Source: Promethearchaeota archaeon (GTDB lineage Archaea; Asgardarchaeota; Lokiarchaeia; Sigyniarchaeales; SOKP01). Taken from it: a DNA stretch of 64,000 nucleotides. This document shows positions 60,526 through 64,000 of the stretch, one piece after another; positions within the stretch are counted from its first letter, which is position 1; each line of letters opens with the position of its first letter. Location of the stretch: positions 192,001 to 256,000 of the forward strand of contig JAEOUA010000008.1 of NCBI GenBank assembly GCA_016839555.1, read 5' to 3'. The position numbers and the translations under genes are program-made. The notes under the pieces were generated by a model that saw only the letters and a program-made list of their open reading frames with translations, had not been told where the DNA came from and made no database searches.

Positions 60526-61767
60526 TTATTTTTTAAGTGCATTTAAGAATAATTCGATAAGATCAATCATCACCATATCTGAACCTAATTCATCTATAGC
60601 ATCAGAAAGATTTCTGAAACAAAAGGGACAAGTGCTAACTAGGAATTGTACATTTAAATCTTCTGCTTCTTTTACTCTATTTTTCGCCATTTCGAGGGAT
60701 AGCTCGGGAAATCCTTTTCTTAAACCTCCACCAGCCCCACAACACATTGCTGCTTCCCGATTTGTTTTCATTTCTGAGAAAACTGATATTTTGCGTAATA
60801 TCTTTCTGGGAATATCGTATATGCCCATATGACGTCCTAAATGGCAAGGATCATGATAAGTTGTCGTTTTTTCCAACTTTTCCAATTTAATATCATTATT
60901 TGCTAATAATTCCTCTAAAAACTCTACTGTGTGCTGAACCTGAATTCCTTCTAAGAGGTTCCCATAATCTTTCTTTAAAGTACGATAACAACCAGCGCAA
61001 CTTGTAACGATTTTTTTAATTCCTTTATCTTTAAATAATTTAGCATTTAAATTAGCTACTTTTTCAAATGCCTTCTTATCGCCTGTACGTAAAGCTACAC
61101 TTCCGCAACAAATTTCATTTTCTCCTAAAATTCCAAAATCCACATCTAATATATTAAAGATTTTAGCAGTAGCTATAGCTATTCTTTGAATTTTAGGAGT
61201 TAAAGCGGTTGTACACCCAACATAATATAAAATATCCGCCTTCTCCTTGTCAAGATCCTTAATTTTAAAATCTAGCTTTTTAATCCAATCATTTTTATCT
61301 TTATTATTTCTTTCATATGGATTTAACAATTCTACTAAAGCTTTATTCATGGCTTCATGAGGTTCAAGAGCATATCCCGCTTCAACTAAATCTGCTCTTA
61401 AAGCTTCAAATACCTCTACTTGAGCCATCCATTTTGCATTAGCAAAATCAATATATTTATTATGAGAATTATGACAAAAATCATCACATGCTCCACATAC
61501 TGAGCATTGAAAAAAAATCTCACTAAGTTCCTGGCTTAATTCAAGATCTCCCCATATTAAGCCTTTTAAGATAATATTTTTACCTCGAGCAAAAAACGGC
61601 TCAAAATTAGGAGTAAGATTTGTTTTATATACCGGACATACATAATAGAAGTTTTTTTCTGGCCAATTTGCAACTCTACATTGACCACAATGTACGCAAG
61701 ATAACGCAGCATCTTTTACTTTTAATAAATTTTTTAATCTATCTTCTTTAACAGCCATATGAAACAC
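60526..61767 (-). CDS. Fe-S oxidoreductase, GlcF/HdrD-like with two CCG domains
   Basis: CVHCGQC, CSVCGAC, EICCG, YHDPCHLGR, CCGAGGG, CPFC. Confidence 0.9.
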   Translation of the reverse strand: MFHMAVKEDRLKNLLKVKDAALSCVHCGQCRVANWPEKNFYYVCPVYKTNLTPNFEPFFARGKNIILKGLIWGDLELSQELSEIFFQCSVCGACDDFCHNSHNKYIDFANAKWMAQVEVFEALRADLVEAGYALEPHEAMNKALVELLNPYERNNKDKNDWIKKLDFKIKDLDKEKADILYYVGCTTALTPKIQRIAIATAKIFNILDVDFGILGENEICCGSVALRTGDKKAFEKVANLNAKLFKDKGIKKIVTSCAGCYRTLKKDYGNLLEGIQVQHTVEFLEELLANNDIKLEKLEKTTTYHDPCHLGRHMGIYDIPRKILRKISVFSEMKTNREAAMCCGAGGGLRKGFPELSLEMAKNRVKEAEDLNVQFLVSTCPFCFRNLSDAIDELGSDMVMIDLIELFLNALKK

Positions 61768-61769
61768 CT

Positions 61770-63281
61770 TTAATATTCGTCTCCCAGGTAGAATTTTCCA
61801 GGAGATATAATACCATTAGGATCCAGAGCTTTTTTAATGCTAATCATAAAATTATAATATTCTGAGGTTAGTGCTCCAGAATCAACTAAAGCTCTTCCAA
61901 TTATTTCTCCCATCCAATAGTGAATTCCTCCTAATTCTTTTATTTGGGAAATAATCATGTCTTTCCATAATTCATATTGAATTTCTCTATTCTTGGGTTC
62001 TGAATGAATGGCTAATCCTCCTGTTACATCAATATAAGTAGGGTTACATCCAAACGCTATAAAATTAGCTCCTCCGCCCCCAATATCCCATAATTTTTTA
62101 GTATTTCTAGTGGTCCAATCATTATAGAATTTTACATAATCTGGTAATTGATAAGTTGGGCATTTTAAACAAGTTCCTAATGATGTTCCTTCAGGACCAT
62201 ATAATCCCCAATAGATATGTGCCCACTGCCAGCGTCCATTCTCTTCATAAAACCATTTTCCTAAATTTCCTTCTTCTACGGTATCTCCCAATTTTCTTAA
62301 TTCATAATTTGAAGCTACTTTTTCTATTTTCTCCACATTAATCTCTAATTCTTTTTGAGAATCTGCTACAGCAGTATAAAAGAGCACGCTCCCTTCTACT
62401 CTCGCATTGACTAAATTCTTTTTAATCTTAAACATGGTAAGAAGGCTAGTATAACCCTTAGTATAATAATAAAAATCATGTAGAGGAAGTCTTCGATGTT
62501 GCCATTCTGACATCACATTTGTTCCTTTCACCGCTTCACTCATATCTTCAGAACTATTTATTTGATAAGTGCTATAAGCAGCATATTCTGGGATTGGATA
62601 AATTTGTAAAGATGCTTTAGTTTTAATCCCATGAATGCCTACATCTCCCAAAAATAAACCCGAATAATCTGGTCCTAAACCAAATCGTGTGAAGGGTTTT
62701 TCACAGAAAGAATTGGCTTTTGCCCCTGTATAAATAATATCACCCATAGGTAAAACTACTTCAAGCCCGACACATTGCTCGGTAACATTTCCATACATAG
62801 CAGCACCTCCGCCACCTACAGAATTATTCGAAAGCCCTCCTCCAACTGTTGCTGAAAAGCCTGATGCAGGACCGGTTGAACCTGTATAATAACCAATGCC
62901 TACATGGCTAAGTTGTTCACATAATTCGCTCCACGAGATACCTACTTCCACAGTGACAATATAATTTTTTAAATCTATATCTAATATTTTATCCATTCTT
63001 GTTAGATCAAGCACAATGCCTCCATCTCCTATTGGTTTGGCACCTCCTGTTAAATCTGCTCCACCGCCTCTTGGGATAACTTTAACTTTATCTTGATTAG
63101 CAATTTTTAAAATTTCTGAAATTTCTTCAGGAGATTGAGGTCTCACTACAATATCGGGTATCCCTTGTAATACAGTGTCACAATTCATTGAATAAGAATA
63201 ACAGATTGCCTTAGAATTTGAAATATATTTAGGTCCTACTATATCTTCTATCTTTTCATATGTATCTTCAATTGAATTCAT
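61770..63281 (-). CDS. FAD-binding oxidoreductase (GlcD/D-lactate dehydrogenase-like)
   Basis: P.IVVRP, PRGGG, TVGG, GLEVVLP.G, IKKALDPNGIISPG. Confidence 0.9.
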   Translation of the reverse strand: MNSIEDTYEKIEDIVGPKYISNSKAICYSYSMNCDTVLQGIPDIVVRPQSPEEISEILKIANQDKVKVIPRGGGADLTGGAKPIGDGGIVLDLTRMDKILDIDLKNYIVTVEVGISWSELCEQLSHVGIGYYTGSTGPASGFSATVGGGLSNNSVGGGGAAMYGNVTEQCVGLEVVLPMGDIIYTGAKANSFCEKPFTRFGLGPDYSGLFLGDVGIHGIKTKASLQIYPIPEYAAYSTYQINSSEDMSEAVKGTNVMSEWQHRRLPLHDFYYYTKGYTSLLTMFKIKKNLVNARVEGSVLFYTAVADSQKELEINVEKIEKVASNYELRKLGDTVEEGNLGKWFYEENGRWQWAHIYWGLYGPEGTSLGTCLKCPTYQLPDYVKFYNDWTTRNTKKLWDIGGGGANFIAFGCNPTYIDVTGGLAIHSEPKNREIQYELWKDMIISQIKELGGIHYWMGEIIGRALVDSGALTSEYYNFMISIKKALDPNGIISPGKFYLGDEY

Positions 63282-63330
63282 TAATTAATATCCACCTTTT
63301 TAAATAATAATAAAAATAAAAAAATTAGAG

Positions 63331-63999
63331 TTACTCTAAAATTTTCCCATTCGGGAGGGTTTGATCACATTCTACATAAAATCCCCCTAATGTTTTTCGA
63401 GCATCTTTTAAAACCTCATCACATATATCGTATTTTGAAAATTTAGATTTAACAAAATCTGTTTTCACTCCCAGCTTTTTTGAAAAATTTTCCCATTTCA
63501 TATTCGTTTGTGTTAATTGTCTTAGTGCATATTTTTTATTATCTGCAACATCAGGAATTAACTTTAAGTTAAATAAAGGCATATTTTCAACCATTCCTTT
63601 AGGATCCATCCCTGGAGGATTATCAAGAACTTCTGCTTTAATTTTTAAAAAAGTTATATTTTTTCGAGTTAAACTCCCTGTTATAATATTCCTACCATTT
63701 ATTTCCTGAATAGGAGAAAGTTTAATATCACATAGTTTCTTTGGGTAGCCCCAGATTTCTCTTCCGGCAGTCAAAGCTTCATCTGAATCCACATAAATAT
63801 TAAGCACGAAAGAGCCCTGCACATCCTTATAAGTACAATTGAGCAATATCAAATTTTCATTATAAGGCCCTACTGTAGAATCTGGATATTCAGAAATAAA
63901 GATTGAATCAAATCCATATTCAATAGGTTCTAATTCTGGCGGGAGATATTTTTCTTTTATACCAGGAGCACATTGAAAAAGTAATATTAATGCTCTCAT
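63331..63999 (-). CDS. Acetoacetate decarboxylase family protein (5' end beyond window)
   Basis: GPYNE, AGREIWGYPKK. Confidence 0.85.
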   Translation of the reverse strand: MRALILLFQCAPGIKEKYLPPELEPIEYGFDSIFISEYPDSTVGPYNENLILLNCTYKDVQGSFVLNIYVDSDEALTAGREIWGYPKKLCDIKLSPIQEINGRNIITGSLTRKNITFLKIKAEVLDNPPGMDPKGMVENMPLFNLKLIPDVADNKKYALRQLTQTNMKWENFSKKLGVKTDFVKSKFSKYDICDEVLKDARKTLGGFYVECDQTLPNGKILE

Positions 64000-64000
64000 T

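Overview
Very AT-rich archaeal DNA, most consistent with an Asgard (Lokiarchaeia/Promethearchaeota-like) genome. The evidence is two TFB paralogues, a BHB-intron tRNA and Loki-type Zn-ribbon hypotheticals; this assignment is inferred and was not searched. The window has two parts. (1) About 1-35.7 kb is a decaying accessory/defence hotspot built from stacked remnants of related mobile elements. It holds a HicA/HicB-like pair, an ATPase-nuclease, a PHP-ATPase (Ppl-like) gene with one internal TAG, and two HNH genes with shared N-termini and unrelated C-termini. It also has one 955-codon frame joining a HEPN-like domain, a SAVED sensor and a CD-NTase (CBASS parts, two internal stops). A NERD-SF1 helicase is preceded by a degenerate 3-repeat type I-E-like CRISPR array with an exact 61-nt period. 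A membrane-anchored metacaspase, many nonsense/frameshift pseudogenes, nested diverged direct repeats and an orphan 5' half of a tRNA(Gly-like) near the right edge complete this part. (2) About 35.7-64 kb is intact metabolism. It has a sugar-catabolic cluster around an atypical glycyl radical enzyme (GCVD / KVGGYS) and its activase, DNA-repair genes and a sulfatase. It also has tRNA-Phe with a D-loop intron, a Thermotoga-type myo-inositol pathway (iolG/iolM/iolN/iolO) and a GlcD/GlcF-like oxidoreductase. No integrase or cas gene is visible in the window. All family calls are by-eye motif recognition.
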